Of a stretch of DNA of 64,000 bases, positions 10,440 to 21,013 are shown in pieces. The stretch's first letter is position 1. The number at the start of each line of letters is the position of its first letter. The notes under the pieces were generated by a model. The model saw only the letters and a program-made list of their open reading frames with translations. It ran no database searches and was not told the origin of the DNA. The position numbers and the translations under genes are program-made. Source of the stretch: Enterobacteria phage vB_EcoM_IME340; sequence record MH051916. One strand, 5' to 3'.

Positions 10440-11096
10440 TTATTTAGCCCTTCCTAATATTCTGGCCGCCTGAGAACATATTGATTCAAGGCGGTCATTA
10501 CTTATATGATCATTTCTATACCAGTACATGGTTATCGTTCCAGCATAGATATTATCCAAATTAAAATATGGACAACTGTACATGTAGTTTATTTCGGGAG
10601 TAGGCTTTTTAGTTGGTAAAAAAGCAAATTTTGAGTTGGAATAATAATGACGTCCATTTAAATGAACTGTATATTCATCCATAGTTTTATCAACAGGATA
10701 TCCTCCAAGTGATTTTTCGCTTATTGTTGAAGGTAATTTTCCTTCATATGCTATAATATCAACAAAATAGTTTAAGTTTTTAGGGCGGAAAGAATACACC
10801 GCACTAAAGTCTGCCTCAGATGATATATGAACTATCTGGAGTTGTTCCAGGGCGACAGATTCAAAGCGTGCATTTCTTTCCTTTTCAATAATTTCACTGT
10901 ATGTTTCATACTTTGATTGCTTATAGTACTCAAAGAAACTATCTCCCCTATACCAAACAATCGCCATTATAAACAAAAGAATTACGACAGCTACTCGGGA
11001 AGCAAGAACCTTCCCGGTAGCGTTATCTTTGAACAAGCGATCTAGAACACCCAACAGAATATCAGAGGGCGAAAATGATATTCTAGGTGCTGCCAT
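10440..11096 (-). CDS. t: holin T
   Basis: 218 aa, N-terminal TM segment plus large periplasmic domain, as T4 holin. Confidence 0.9.
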   Translation of the reverse strand: MAAPRISFSPSDILLGVLDRLFKDNATGKVLASRVAVVILLFIMAIVWYRGDSFFEYYKQSKYETYSEIIEKERNARFESVALEQLQIVHISSEADFSAVYSFRPKNLNYFVDIIAYEGKLPSTISEKSLGGYPVDKTMDEYTVHLNGRHYYSNSKFAFLPTKKPTPEINYMYSCPYFNLDNIYAGTITMYWYRNDHISNDRLESICSQAARILGRAK

Positions 11097-11126
11097 AGAC
11101 CCTCCTTTTAAGGATATTTATTCAAA

Positions 11127-11906
11127 TTATACTCTTGGACCATATATTGCTCCAACGTTTTGCCATGTCGGTGTAGACCCTATGACGGCATAACCAGCAG
11201 CACCACCGTTATATTCTGTACCGTTCCCATGAATATTACATCTACCTCCTGCTGAGCCAACTTCACCGCCATTCCCGCCTGTATATACCCAAAGAGACCC
11301 CTCACCGACAGATCCTGCACCCGGAGCGGAAATGGTGCCAGCGGTTGCACCAGCACCCATATGAGAGGAAGACCCGCCAGCACCGAATGGGCGACCACCA
11401 CCACCACCAAATGATAGTCTACCGTAGTTACCGCCGCCGCCGCCACCGCCGCCGCCTGCAATAGCTCCACCATTATTAATTCTTAGTCTCCCACCAATAT
11501 CGTTTTGAATACAATGACCTCCAGCTGAGCCAGGACTATTGCTACCGCCATTACCGCCACGTCCATACATCGTTACGCCGTGTATATTCAACTGAACATA
11601 TTCATTCGGTGTATCTCCGTACATGAAGAATAAAGGAACATCTTTAGAATATGATACTAAATCTCCAGTGATATTAAACACTATAGGTGTACTACCTGCC
11701 TCAAAACATCTATCTCGGAACCATTGACCATTGAAGTTATGGTCTGCTCCAAGTGTATGAATAATTTCTCTTGAGCGACCTGCAAATTGACTCATCCAGC
11801 AAGGAACACCCAATCTTAATTGACCAGCTGCTTGACTCATCCAGCGCTGACCCGTTTCATTTACGGCTGAACTTCCAATCCAGCCAGGAACTCCAACTAC
11901 TGCCAT
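11127..11906 (-). CDS. 38: gp38 receptor-binding adhesin, T2-type, with glycine-rich motifs
   Basis: 259 aa with poly-Gly tracts ([23 protein letters not shown]) typical of T2/K3/S16-type gp38 adhesins; not the 183-aa T4 chaperone type. Confidence 0.85.
   Translation of the reverse strand: MAVVGVPGWIGSSAVNETGQRWMSQAAGQLRLGVPCWMSQFAGRSREIIHTLGADHNFNGQWFRDRCFEAGSTPIVFNITGDLVSYSKDVPLFFMYGDTPNEYVQLNIHGVTMYGRGGNGGSNSPGSAGGHCIQNDIGGRLRINNGGAIAGGGGGGGGGNYGRLSFGGGGGRPFGAGGSSSHMGAGATAGTISAPGAGSVGEGSLWVYTGGNGGEVGSAGGRCNIHGNGTEYNGGAAGYAVIGSTPTWQNVGAIYGPRV
11398..11457 (-). repeat. GGN codon triplet repeat encoding poly-Gly tract in gp38
   Basis: + strand reads (CCA)4...(CCG/CCA)9, near-perfect trinucleotide repeat. 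Confidence 0.7.
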
Positions 11907-11942
11907 AATTTATACTCCAAAGGGGGCATTTCCCCCTTGTTG

Positions 11943-14900
11943 TTAGAATTTAAAATATTTACTAATTTTGCGAGCAATTTTAGTAAAGAGAGGCGTTTTC
12001 AATTCTTTAATTTCTTCACTCATTTCCTGAATAGCCTTAATTAAAAGAGCATTCACTGTAGAGTTAGAAATTGTTAAAATCTCTTCTGGGTTATCAAGAG
12101 ATCCGACATTAGAAGTGCTAACAGCTTCCGGTAAAATTTCTTGTAAATCCTGCGCGATAATACCAATCTCATGTGCGATGACTTCTCGGTCAGAAAGAGA
12201 CTTAACTTTATCGTAGGTTTTAACTTTTAGTTTATTTACCTTATCTACCGCATTTTCTTCGTAGTCTTCAACGTTAATTTTCAGACGACGGTCGGAACGA
12301 ATATAAACATCGTTACAGTAAACCGACGCACTAGATGTGAAATCACCATTTGCAGCCCATGAATACCAGCCGCCTTTGTTCATATGCATCATTACGGTAG
12401 CTTGACCACCGCCAGCATGAACACCCATTGCCGCAAGATGATCAACACCCCAATGAGTTGCTTTCCAAATTGAATATGCTCGGGTATGTGAATCCTGACA
12501 ATCTAAGAGAATACCAGCAGGACGGTTGCGCCAGTCATCCCAAGCACCACCAAAAACATCACCACGGATAAGAGCGTATTCACTATTATAAGGAACTTGC
12601 TCTCCCGCTTTAATCATTGCACCCTGGAAGTGATGACTAAATGAACCCCCATGATTATTTCGTATATGTAAAATACCCTCATCTGTAGCCCAGATAACAG
12701 CCTTTTCTGCATCGCTATCATCTCTAAACCAGATATGGCGAGCACCAGTTGAGTTTTTGATGGTTATTCCGCTAGGTCCATGCACGGTCAAAGAACCAGC
12801 AACATCAAACATCAAACTGTTATCTGTCCTGCGTTCAGCATAGAAGTGATAACCTTTTGAATCGCCGACTTCCAATACTGCCGCGCGACCAACTTCTGAA
12901 TTTCCCCAATTGTTGATAGAGAATCGTTCAGAGCTATTATTCATCTGATTTAGGTATAATGTACCATCAGTGAATGTTTCGCCAAAGAAACGAGTTTTAA
13001 TTGCACCTGTCGCTAAAGTACGTTCAGTGGAAAAATGGGCGCCTTGACTATCTTCTAACTGGATGATGTTATCACGAGCGTTATTGCTATCACCCCAATG
13101 GTTAAATTTAAAATAATCTCGTGATCCTAAACGTCCGGCGTCAAAAGTCATCAAGCCTTTCATGTTAATATCACCGCCGACCAGAACGTTATCCGGGAAG
13201 TTAACTGTACCATCAGCATTAAATCTTGATGTATGGCCCTGTGTTCCATCTTCTTTGATATGGTGTATCACGAATGTACCTGAATTAATTTCAGTACCTA
13301 AAGACCAAACTGCTTTACCTTGAAGGTATTTTTGCTTAACAATCGGATAATATTTGTTTACAGCATCATCATCGATTTCCTGGAAAATAGGAGCCGCTTG
13401 AACATATTGAATATCATAACCACCAGCGCCAGCGCCATGACCAACAAATTTAATATAGCCGTTCGCAGCGAACGTATTGTAACTTGATTGTAAATCTGGA
13501 ATAGTAACTTTACCGGTATCTAAAGCCATACTAAACGGGCGAAGTGGACCGATATCGCCATGTTTACCTTCACCATAAGCAGTTGGAATAATATGAAGAC
13601 TGCCTTCTGAACGTCTAAAAATAGCTCCATAATCTGCGTTCCAAATGCGAAGACCATTTACAGCATTTGTCGCGATTTCACCGGCTGCGCTGATTGTACC
13701 GTCAAATGTAGCATTTTTTACTACTGTAAAGTTTTCATTAACAATCTGGGTGCCATTTATAACCGATTCGATTTTACCCGCAGTTGTTCGTTGAATATAA
13801 TGCATCCATCCAATATCATCAGAAATTTCCATGACATTTTTACGGGTGCCTTCACTTGGATTAGTAAAAGTATTTCCCCAAACAGCTATATACATGTTAT
13901 CAACGGAGCTTTGACCCATGGTATAGCCTTTAAACATTAAAGTTGAATTATTATTTCTACCATCAATATTAACCGAACCACCAATAACGTCAATATTGCC
14001 TGGAGTAACTAACAAACCGCCATGAGTATTAATGTTTGTGGTACCCTTACCGCGGAAATAGTGATGATAGTTACCGCCTTGATAATATCCTAAAAGAGTT
14101 TGACCGTCACCATACGCGTTATTATCATGGTAAGTAACAACAGTGGCTAATGCATAGTTTTCTGTCGGTGGCGTTGTCATAAGAATCCCATCCGGAGAAT
14201 AACCCATAACCATTTTTCTAAGGCTTTGTGTTTCCGCAGGACCGTAAATGAAAGTTCTTGTTCCGTTGTTTACTGCATGAAAATATCCGTCCTGATGCCA
14301 TTTAAATCCGGTATCATTATCGCCAATAGCAATAGAACCTTTACCTAAGGCTGAATATGTCATAGGACTTGATTCCATACCTACTGCAATTGAATGGCCT
14401 GCTTGAAGCCCACCGGAATAAGAAAATGACAACATGTAATCAGTAGGGGTTGAACCAGAATACCAACTGATGCCGTTATTTTCACAAATTTCATGGAGCA
14501 TTGCGGCCGCTGGGTCGGTACGTACAATGCGCAAATAGTTTTTATCTGTGTCAGAATTATTATTTGCTAATGAAGATATATCATAATCGCCCGTCTTCTT
14601 CCCATCTGTAATAACTTTATCGGTCAGAATTTGTGGAGACGAAATAGATTTCCATGCTGATACTTCAGGTGAAGTAAATAGGCCACTGCCTGAAAATGCA
14701 TAGGTGCTTTCATCACCAGCGGCGTAGTCTTGAACCCTGATATTAAGTACTTGTGTAGTTAATCCATCATTAGCCGGGGCATAAATTATTCCGCGTTCGC
14801 GGTTATTGCCATCGAAAAAACGAACATGCGCTGTACCTGAACTTTTTGTAATAAGTTCTCCGCCCTCAGTCATAATCTGCCCGGCGGCAATAATATCGCG

Positions 14901-15185
14901 AGTTACTCGAGCAATACCAGTTAAATTAAAATTACCTGTCTGAGTGAAAGCGCCATTTAAAGTATAATCACCAGTTTGATTATAGTTTCCTATATGAATA
15001 ACATTCCCGTCAATGCTACCGCCCTTAGCAAAACCAAGATCAATGATATTTCCTTGGTCGTCTTTAGTAAAAAGTACGCGGTCTTTTAAGTTTATAGCCA
15101 ATTCACCTTCGGCTAATACTGAAGCGGCAGGACGTGCTCCTGCAGTTTTGCTTCTTTTAAATTGTATTTGTTTTAAAGTAGCCAT
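11943..15185 (-). CDS. 37: long tail fibre distal subunit gp37 with C-terminal intramolecular-chaperone (S74-like) domain
   Basis: 1080 aa; conserved T-even gp37 N-terminus (MATLKQIQFKRSK); C-terminal ~117 aa begins SDRRLKINVEDYE, resembling self-cleaving chaperone domains. Confidence 0.88.
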   Translation of the reverse strand: MATLKQIQFKRSKTAGARPAASVLAEGELAINLKDRVLFTKDDQGNIIDLGFAKGGSIDGNVIHIGNYNQTGDYTLNGAFTQTGNFNLTGIARVTRDIIAAGQIMTEGGELITKSSGTAHVRFFDGNNRERGIIYAPANDGLTTQVLNIRVQDYAAGDESTYAFSGSGLFTSPEVSAWKSISSPQILTDKVITDGKKTGDYDISSLANNNSDTDKNYLRIVRTDPAAAMLHEICENNGISWYSGSTPTDYMLSFSYSGGLQAGHSIAVGMESSPMTYSALGKGSIAIGDNDTGFKWHQDGYFHAVNNGTRTFIYGPAETQSLRKMVMGYSPDGILMTTPPTENYALATVVTYHDNNAYGDGQTLLGYYQGGNYHHYFRGKGTTNINTHGGLLVTPGNIDVIGGSVNIDGRNNNSTLMFKGYTMGQSSVDNMYIAVWGNTFTNPSEGTRKNVMEISDDIGWMHYIQRTTAGKIESVINGTQIVNENFTVVKNATFDGTISAAGEIATNAVNGLRIWNADYGAIFRRSEGSLHIIPTAYGEGKHGDIGPLRPFSMALDTGKVTIPDLQSSYNTFAANGYIKFVGHGAGAGGYDIQYVQAAPIFQEIDDDAVNKYYPIVKQKYLQGKAVWSLGTEINSGTFVIHHIKEDGTQGHTSRFNADGTVNFPDNVLVGGDINMKGLMTFDAGRLGSRDYFKFNHWGDSNNARDNIIQLEDSQGAHFSTERTLATGAIKTRFFGETFTDGTLYLNQMNNSSERFSINNWGNSEVGRAAVLEVGDSKGYHFYAERRTDNSLMFDVAGSLTVHGPSGITIKNSTGARHIWFRDDSDAEKAVIWATDEGILHIRNNHGGSFSHHFQGAMIKAGEQVPYNSEYALIRGDVFGGAWDDWRNRPAGILLDCQDSHTRAYSIWKATHWGVDHLAAMGVHAGGGQATVMMHMNKGGWYSWAANGDFTSSASVYCNDVYIRSDRRLKINVEDYEENAVDKVNKLKVKTYDKVKSLSDREVIAHEIGIIAQDLQEILPEAVSTSNVGSLDNPEEILTISNSTVNALLIKAIQEMSEEIKELKTPLFTKIARKISKYFKF

Positions 15186-15193
15186 AAGTCCTC

Positions 15194-15850
15194 TTAATAA
15201 TAGCCGAAATCTTGAACAGAATCCTTAATAACAATTTGATCAAATCGTGGAACATGTGAAGGTTGAGATGCAGGATTCTGCGAAAAAAGGTTTGGCGCAG
15301 TTAAATTTCCTGTCATAGTATCTCCAGAGCGTAATACCCTAGAGTTTGCGTTTGCTGTAACAATATTTATTGCTCCATCAACATAATCTTTCCGTGTAAG
15401 GTCATAATTATTTACTGGAGATAATGAAGTTGCGCGTATTTGTGATGCTTCAATTACACCCTTTGAGCTAATATCTCCATTTCGCGTGTTAATTACTACA
15501 GTTCTACCCGCTGAACCCTGTGATGATTTAAAACCAATACCATACCACGAAACAATATCCATATTTGTAGTATCATATGTGGCATTATCACCAGGACCAG
15601 CAAAAATACCGTTGTCACCTGACCCTGCACCAGGAACAGTCATTCCTTTATTAAAAATTACTTTATTTAAATACGTACCACCGTTAGCTTTAGAAACGAA
15701 ATCGTTATCAGCAGCTTGTGGCTTATTATATTCTGAATATATTTTAAATGATTTATAGAGTACATCGTCACCGGCTGGATTCAATGGAAAATTTCCTTGA
15801 TGCCAAATGACAGAGCCTCCAGTTGTTGAACCTACTTTTAAATCAGCCAT
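15194..15850 (-). CDS. 36: long tail fibre hinge/distal connector gp36
   Basis: 218 aa, position between 35 and 37. Confidence 0.8.
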   Translation of the reverse strand: MADLKVGSTTGGSVIWHQGNFPLNPAGDDVLYKSFKIYSEYNKPQAADNDFVSKANGGTYLNKVIFNKGMTVPGAGSGDNGIFAGPGDNATYDTTNMDIVSWYGIGFKSSQGSAGRTVVINTRNGDISSKGVIEASQIRATSLSPVNNYDLTRKDYVDGAINIVTANANSRVLRSGDTMTGNLTAPNLFSQNPASQPSHVPRFDQIVIKDSVQDFGYY

Positions 15851-15873
15851 TGTATGCCCCTTTATTTTAATAG

Positions 15874-15881
15874 TATTTATA
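15874..15881 (-). promoter_or_regulatory. late promoter (TATAAATA) for genes 36-37-38
   Basis: + strand TATTTATA about 25 nt upstream of gene 36 start. Confidence 0.6.
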
Positions 15882-15907
15882 AAGAAAAAGGGAACCCGAA
15901 GGCTCCC
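15880..15907 (-). terminator. UUCG-tetraloop hairpin and U-rich tract after gene 35
   Basis: on - strand GGGAGCC-UUCG-GGUUCCC then CUUUUUCUUU. Confidence 0.55.
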
Positions 15908-15912
15908 TCAAT

Positions 15913-17031
15913 TTATACTTCTCTAAATTCTTGCCCAAATACTTTACCAGCTTTAGACGATGCTTGCGTAGGAAGTACCATTATATCCGGAGGTGAAGCA
16001 GATTCACAGATATAATTAACACGAATGCCGTTGATACCAAATTCAGCAGGTTTCGAAATACTTCCATTTCTTGACACTTCCGAAAAGCTTAAATTCCTCA
16101 TGCCACCTTGACCAGCTTGAGCAGTTCTTTGTGCATATATCGTAAATCCTACTGCATTTTCTGGAATAACTACATAATCTTCCTTTAATTCCCATGACCC
16201 AGCTTGTCCAGTAAACTCAGCATGTGTTGAAGAAATATATCCATTTGATGCATCATAAAAACGAATGGATATATTTGTAGTTCCAAGATCAAGTAAATCA
16301 GCATCAGCATATAACTGTGCTTTAAGATAAAGAACATCACCAGGAATTAAATTATAATCAGATAGTTTACTTATAGCAGCTGAAGTTGGTAATCGCGCAA
16401 TTTCGTTATTAGTTCCACCAACTGCTGACATAAATTGCTCGACACTTTCATATGTTCTTTTAGGAAATCCTGTAGCTCCGACGTCTTCTAAACTATCAAA
16501 TACAACATCTAAAATAGTTTGATAGTCATCTGTGCTTTTTCTATTACTTAGTTTAACATGTTCCAATGCAATAGCTCTTTTAGAAGAAGTATAAAAGGCA
16601 GCATATGATACGTCAAATCTTGACAATACAGAATCAGATGGAAAAGCAGACGTTCCTGCGGTTCTTATCCAAGATACTACCTCAGGAGGAAAATTAACTT
16701 TTCCGTTAGTTAATATAGCAACAAGTCTATTATTCGTCAAAGAGTTCATGAAACCAACAAAAGCAGCTGATGTAGTATCATTTGAAGCCGAAAAAGCATA
16801 TGACTTACTATCAACTAATGCTCCTGTAGAAGGGTCAAAAACTCTTAAATGAAGTCCTGCGCTAAATGTTTGACTTCCAACAGGATTATCCTGAAATTTA
16901 ACGTATGGTCCTTCTGCAGTAGAAAGCGGGCAAGAACCCGCTATACTTATTTTATATCTTACTGAATTGCTTTCCGATAAAAATGGCGTTTGGACATATC
17001 CTTGTCCAAACTCTGCCATAAATTTTTCCAT
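15913..17031 (-). CDS. 35: long tail fibre hinge protein gp35
   Basis: 372 aa as in T4 gp35. Confidence 0.8.
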   Translation of the reverse strand: MEKFMAEFGQGYVQTPFLSESNSVRYKISIAGSCPLSTAEGPYVKFQDNPVGSQTFSAGLHLRVFDPSTGALVDSKSYAFSASNDTTSAAFVGFMNSLTNNRLVAILTNGKVNFPPEVVSWIRTAGTSAFPSDSVLSRFDVSYAAFYTSSKRAIALEHVKLSNRKSTDDYQTILDVVFDSLEDVGATGFPKRTYESVEQFMSAVGGTNNEIARLPTSAAISKLSDYNLIPGDVLYLKAQLYADADLLDLGTTNISIRFYDASNGYISSTHAEFTGQAGSWELKEDYVVIPENAVGFTIYAQRTAQAGQGGMRNLSFSEVSRNGSISKPAEFGINGIRVNYICESASPPDIMVLPTQASSKAGKVFGQEFREV

Positions 17032-17039
17032 AATACCTC

Positions 17040-20000
17040 TTATTCAACCCATTCAAATTTAACCGTTTTATTCACTGGGTCAGGAATAATGCGAACATTA
17101 CCAATTCGTAAGAAATCACGAATAGTAAGATTCCCCATTATAGCATTATCAGATGGTAAAGCACCGATATCAGATGGCTGAGGAGGGTTACCTCCATCAA
17201 ATACCTGAACAAAGCTTGACCAAGAATTTTTGGTTTTCTGCCATGTGCGTGTCCAGCGAGTGGTGCGCGCTTCTGGGGTCGTTGGATAAGTAATCCAATC
17301 TTGATAAAGCGAATCGAGTGTGTTACCAAACTGAGTCAATGTACCAGGAGATTTAACTTCTTCGCCACGTTCTAAGTATGGAAGTCCAGTCACTTCATTA
17401 GTCTTTTCAACCATTTTAAAATAACCCGGGAACTGGTTATAAGTGGCTGAATCATTAATATCGATTGACCAGAATCCTACAGTATCAGATGTTGGCGCAC
17501 GGGTATATAAATCAGAGGTTTTAGTACCCTGAGAACGAATTCTCGAGTTAACAGTTAAACCACCTGAAGTTATAGTAGCACCTTTGGCAATGATTAAGCT
17601 TTCACCAATTGTAACCTGACCAGATTGATTATTAATTGATAATGGACGTAATCCATTAAACCCACCAGTCTGATCACCAGATGCAGTAAGCATAAAATAG
17701 GTGTTAGCACCATCATTACGAATAAAGAATCCGTAATCACCATTTATTGCTCTAAAAGCATTCGACGATTTACTGATAAATTCGCCATTAGCAGTAACTG
17801 AACTACCGAATGTTGCAACGCCATTCGCATTCAATGTTCCTGAAGCATTCACATTTATCGGTGTTACTGTACCATTGATATTAAATGTTATATTACCAGC
17901 TTTATTGCGCTGAGAATAAAAGTGACTAGACGTTTCATCACTAACTTCAAATACAGTAGAACGCGTTGTGTCTGATTCACCACTAAATTGATTTCCCCAC
18001 ACTTTGACTGTCATCGTTTGAGCCGGGTTCGTTCCAGTTTGAGGTCCTTTCTCAAAAATCAGACGAGTTGCTGTTCCAGTATTAGAAATGGTTAGTGTAC
18101 TATTTGCTGAAACTGATCCACCGAACGTAGCAGTACTAGATGATACAAGAGGGGCACTCAGATTCGTTTGTTGGGTTAAGGTTAGTGAACCATTAACCGT
18201 TTGTGCAATATCCCTACGAATGAACTGAGATGAATCTAGACCATCCAGTAAATTACTATCTACAGCTTTTGCTTTTAACGGCAAATAATTTGCTAATACA
18301 CGGTTTAATTCGTATGGCGATACTGCATAACTATTTTTCTCGTACAATTCTAATGACTGTGTTGAACCAACTGTATCATTACCAACGAATGTAATTGAAC
18401 CAGATGAAGTTTTAACAAAACCTCTTACCAGAGTAGTAGCTGCCCAAGTAGGTTCACTCTGCACAATCCATTTTAAATTTTTTGGAGATACAGCAGTATT
18501 TGCTGACGTTCCAGTTACAGTTTCAGACTGAGTTGCAACTTTAATAACGCCTTCCTGCGCTTCAGTAGATTTAGTACCTAAAAGCTTTTTAGGAGTTATT
18601 AGAACATTATCTAATGTTCCTGCAGCAGCTTCAACTTGCGTAGCTACACGAAGTGTACCACGTTGTGTCTCATTTGCTTCAAGAATATTGAGGGTATAAT
18701 GGTCCCAGAGAGTTCCTGATTCAACTAATCCAGATAGAGCAACAACAGAAGTACGATCAGTACTGTTAAATCTGGTTTTAATTTTTAATGGTGTAGAGAT
18801 ACGAGTATCGTCGACGCCTGCGTCGAATTCAACTTGTGTAGCAATTTCAGCTATACCACTTAAACTTTCAGTTGCTCTACGGTCATTTAAAGTTTTAGGA
18901 GTGACTGCACGGGTATAATCAGTTCCTGTATTAACTTCACTTTGCGTAGCAATTTCAATTAAACCAATTCTTGCATCAGTTGATGTCTTTTTATGTAACG
19001 TTTCTGGCGTTACAACCGCATTTGCCCATCCTTCTTGACTCTGTCCAGCAATTACTTCACTTTCAACTGCTAAAATTACTGCACCTTGTTGGGTTGGAGT
19101 AGCTTTATACTGATCCAAAGCTTTAGGCGAAACAACTAAATTATTAGTGTTTTTATTATAAACGTTTGTACCATTTAATTCACGGCTAGAAGCTGGAGTA
19201 GCTCCTGTAGTAGATACAAAGGTTACAATACCAGATAATGATTCAGAACCTTGTCGAGCTTGAAGCTTTTTAGGAGTGATGATTGTAGTATCATCAGTAC
19301 CTGCGTTAGTTTCTTGCTGCGTCGCAATTTCAGCAACGCCTCTACGAGTTTCTGTGGCAGTTCTTTCATTCAGCTTTTTAGGAGTGACGATAATATCATC
19401 AGCAAAAGAGAATGTAGTATCCTGGTTCACTTGGGCAGTAGTTGCTATTCTTGCGATACCTCTACGAGTTTCTGTAGCAGTACGGTTAGCTAATGTTTCT
19501 GGAGTAATTGCTAATTCTTTTTGCGGAGAATTTTCTAAATCAGCATTTGCTTGAGCTTGTGTAGCTAAAGCAATTACGCCTAATCTTGCTCTAGTAGAAT
19601 CATTTAAAGAATCAACTCTTTCAACTGTTGGCACGTTTTGCTGCACCACCCAGTATTTTCCATCAGAATCTTCTATATAAGCAAGCTGTAAAACTGGAAC
19701 ATAATTGGTTTCGCCGTTAAAAACTAATTCTTGAACAGTCACCCATTCAGCTTCAGGTGGATATTCTGAACGTTTTGGGAATTGCAGCAATTGAACTGAA
19801 GAAGCAATTTTATCTTCACCAGCAGCTTTGATTTTAACTGTTTGTCCTTTTCTCATATAATTCATGGAAATTTTAACAGTATCACCAATGGAAATATCGG
19901 TTGGAAGCTGAAGTTCAATTGTTTGGGTTGTTCCGTTATTCGCTCCAAATACCATAACTTCTTCATTTGGACGAATACTAGAATTAGTTGTTATAATACG

Positions 20001-20909
20001 TAAACGTGCTTTACTATCCCCGTCAAACAATCTCCACAATTTTTCATTATCATCATACATCAAGAAACCATCAATCGATGTACGGCCTTCAATGGAATGA
20101 GTTCCAACTTCTTGCACTGAAGTTGTTTCATCGTATGTAGTAACAATTGTATGATAAAGTGGATTTAATTTGTCTAAATCGACGAAATTAATAATATCGC
20201 CATGATTAGCAAATCTCGGAAGTTTAATATTAATCGCCGCGGCTGAAGTAAATCTGCGCACGATAAAATCGTTAGATTGCGCCTGATAGAGACTTGCCGG
20301 TGTTACAACTACAGCTTCTCTGCTATAATCAGCAACATACATTTGCCACAGACGATTACTAAAAATTAAAACTATCTGTGATTTTGGATGAGTCATTAGT
20401 ACTGAACGTACTTGCTGACCTCTAAAATTTACAATGCTTTGTACCGGAGCTGTAATTAAAACTTGGTTAACTCCAGGTTTTCCTCCAATGTCTTGGAGAA
20501 CGATAGTATCACCGTCAATTGGAGTAGATGGTAAAGTAAATGTAATGTCATTACCAGCTGCAGTATCAACTGAAATTGATTCACCTGACTTTAATTGATA
20601 AGGTCCTGATGAAACAGTTGTCCAGTTTGCATCGGTACGTAACGCTCTCCATCGTACGCTATTAAAAGCTCCTGCTGGTTTTGGAATATCATTTATAGCA
20701 GCCCAAAAGCGGTTATCATAAATGATTACAAAATCTTTTAAATATCCACGAGTTGGATCGTATTGTTGAACTGTGTTTTCTTGAATTAAGTAATCAACGT
20801 TAACACCGTCAGTTCCTACGGCACGATCAGCTAAAGCTACGTTGATTATTTTATCGCCACCTGCGTCCAGACCGTCTTCTGCTCTGAACTTTCTTTTAAT
20901 CTCGGCCAT
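17040..20909 (-). CDS. 34: long tail fibre proximal subunit gp34
   Basis: 1289 aa as in T4 gp34; internal repeated TPKKL-x-TATETRRG beta motifs. Confidence 0.9.
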   Translation of the reverse strand: MAEIKRKFRAEDGLDAGGDKIINVALADRAVGTDGVNVDYLIQENTVQQYDPTRGYLKDFVIIYDNRFWAAINDIPKPAGAFNSVRWRALRTDANWTTVSSGPYQLKSGESISVDTAAGNDITFTLPSTPIDGDTIVLQDIGGKPGVNQVLITAPVQSIVNFRGQQVRSVLMTHPKSQIVLIFSNRLWQMYVADYSREAVVVTPASLYQAQSNDFIVRRFTSAAAINIKLPRFANHGDIINFVDLDKLNPLYHTIVTTYDETTSVQEVGTHSIEGRTSIDGFLMYDDNEKLWRLFDGDSKARLRIITTNSSIRPNEEVMVFGANNGTTQTIELQLPTDISIGDTVKISMNYMRKGQTVKIKAAGEDKIASSVQLLQFPKRSEYPPEAEWVTVQELVFNGETNYVPVLQLAYIEDSDGKYWVVQQNVPTVERVDSLNDSTRARLGVIALATQAQANADLENSPQKELAITPETLANRTATETRRGIARIATTAQVNQDTTFSFADDIIVTPKKLNERTATETRRGVAEIATQQETNAGTDDTTIITPKKLQARQGSESLSGIVTFVSTTGATPASSRELNGTNVYNKNTNNLVVSPKALDQYKATPTQQGAVILAVESEVIAGQSQEGWANAVVTPETLHKKTSTDARIGLIEIATQSEVNTGTDYTRAVTPKTLNDRRATESLSGIAEIATQVEFDAGVDDTRISTPLKIKTRFNSTDRTSVVALSGLVESGTLWDHYTLNILEANETQRGTLRVATQVEAAAGTLDNVLITPKKLLGTKSTEAQEGVIKVATQSETVTGTSANTAVSPKNLKWIVQSEPTWAATTLVRGFVKTSSGSITFVGNDTVGSTQSLELYEKNSYAVSPYELNRVLANYLPLKAKAVDSNLLDGLDSSQFIRRDIAQTVNGSLTLTQQTNLSAPLVSSSTATFGGSVSANSTLTISNTGTATRLIFEKGPQTGTNPAQTMTVKVWGNQFSGESDTTRSTVFEVSDETSSHFYSQRNKAGNITFNINGTVTPINVNASGTLNANGVATFGSSVTANGEFISKSSNAFRAINGDYGFFIRNDGANTYFMLTASGDQTGGFNGLRPLSINNQSGQVTIGESLIIAKGATITSGGLTVNSRIRSQGTKTSDLYTRAPTSDTVGFWSIDINDSATYNQFPGYFKMVEKTNEVTGLPYLERGEEVKSPGTLTQFGNTLDSLYQDWITYPTTPEARTTRWTRTWQKTKNSWSSFVQVFDGGNPPQPSDIGALPSDNAIMGNLTIRDFLRIGNVRIIPDPVNKTVKFEWVE

Positions 20910-20943
20910 TCTCCCGGGCTCCTATTGTGTTTTCAATAATAAG

Positions 20944-20951
20944 TATTTATA
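20944..20951 (-). promoter_or_regulatory. late promoter (TATAAATA) for gene 34
   Basis: + strand TATTTATA ~35 nt upstream of gene 34 start. Confidence 0.6.
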
Positions 20952-20954
20952 CTT

Positions 20955-20984
20955 GTTTACTTTAAGATTTGGATAGTATATAAT
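20955..20984 (+). promoter_or_regulatory. early promoter for rnh
   Basis: GTTTAC, 18-nt spacer, TATAAT. Confidence 0.6.
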
Positions 20985-21013
20985 AGAAATCTCACTAATT
21001 GAACGAGGTTCAT

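Noticed and set aside
11180-11473. 97-aa ORF in an alternative frame on the - strand within gp38
   Set aside because: Lies entirely inside the gp38 coding region; its open frame is a by-product of the GC-rich Gly-codon repeat, with no independent start signals.
19251-19554. Two + strand ORFs (80 and 92 aa) with repetitive sequence antisense to gene 34
   Set aside because: Antisense to the well-supported gp34 ORF; their repeats mirror the periodic gp34 beta-motif repeats and they have no SD or promoter.
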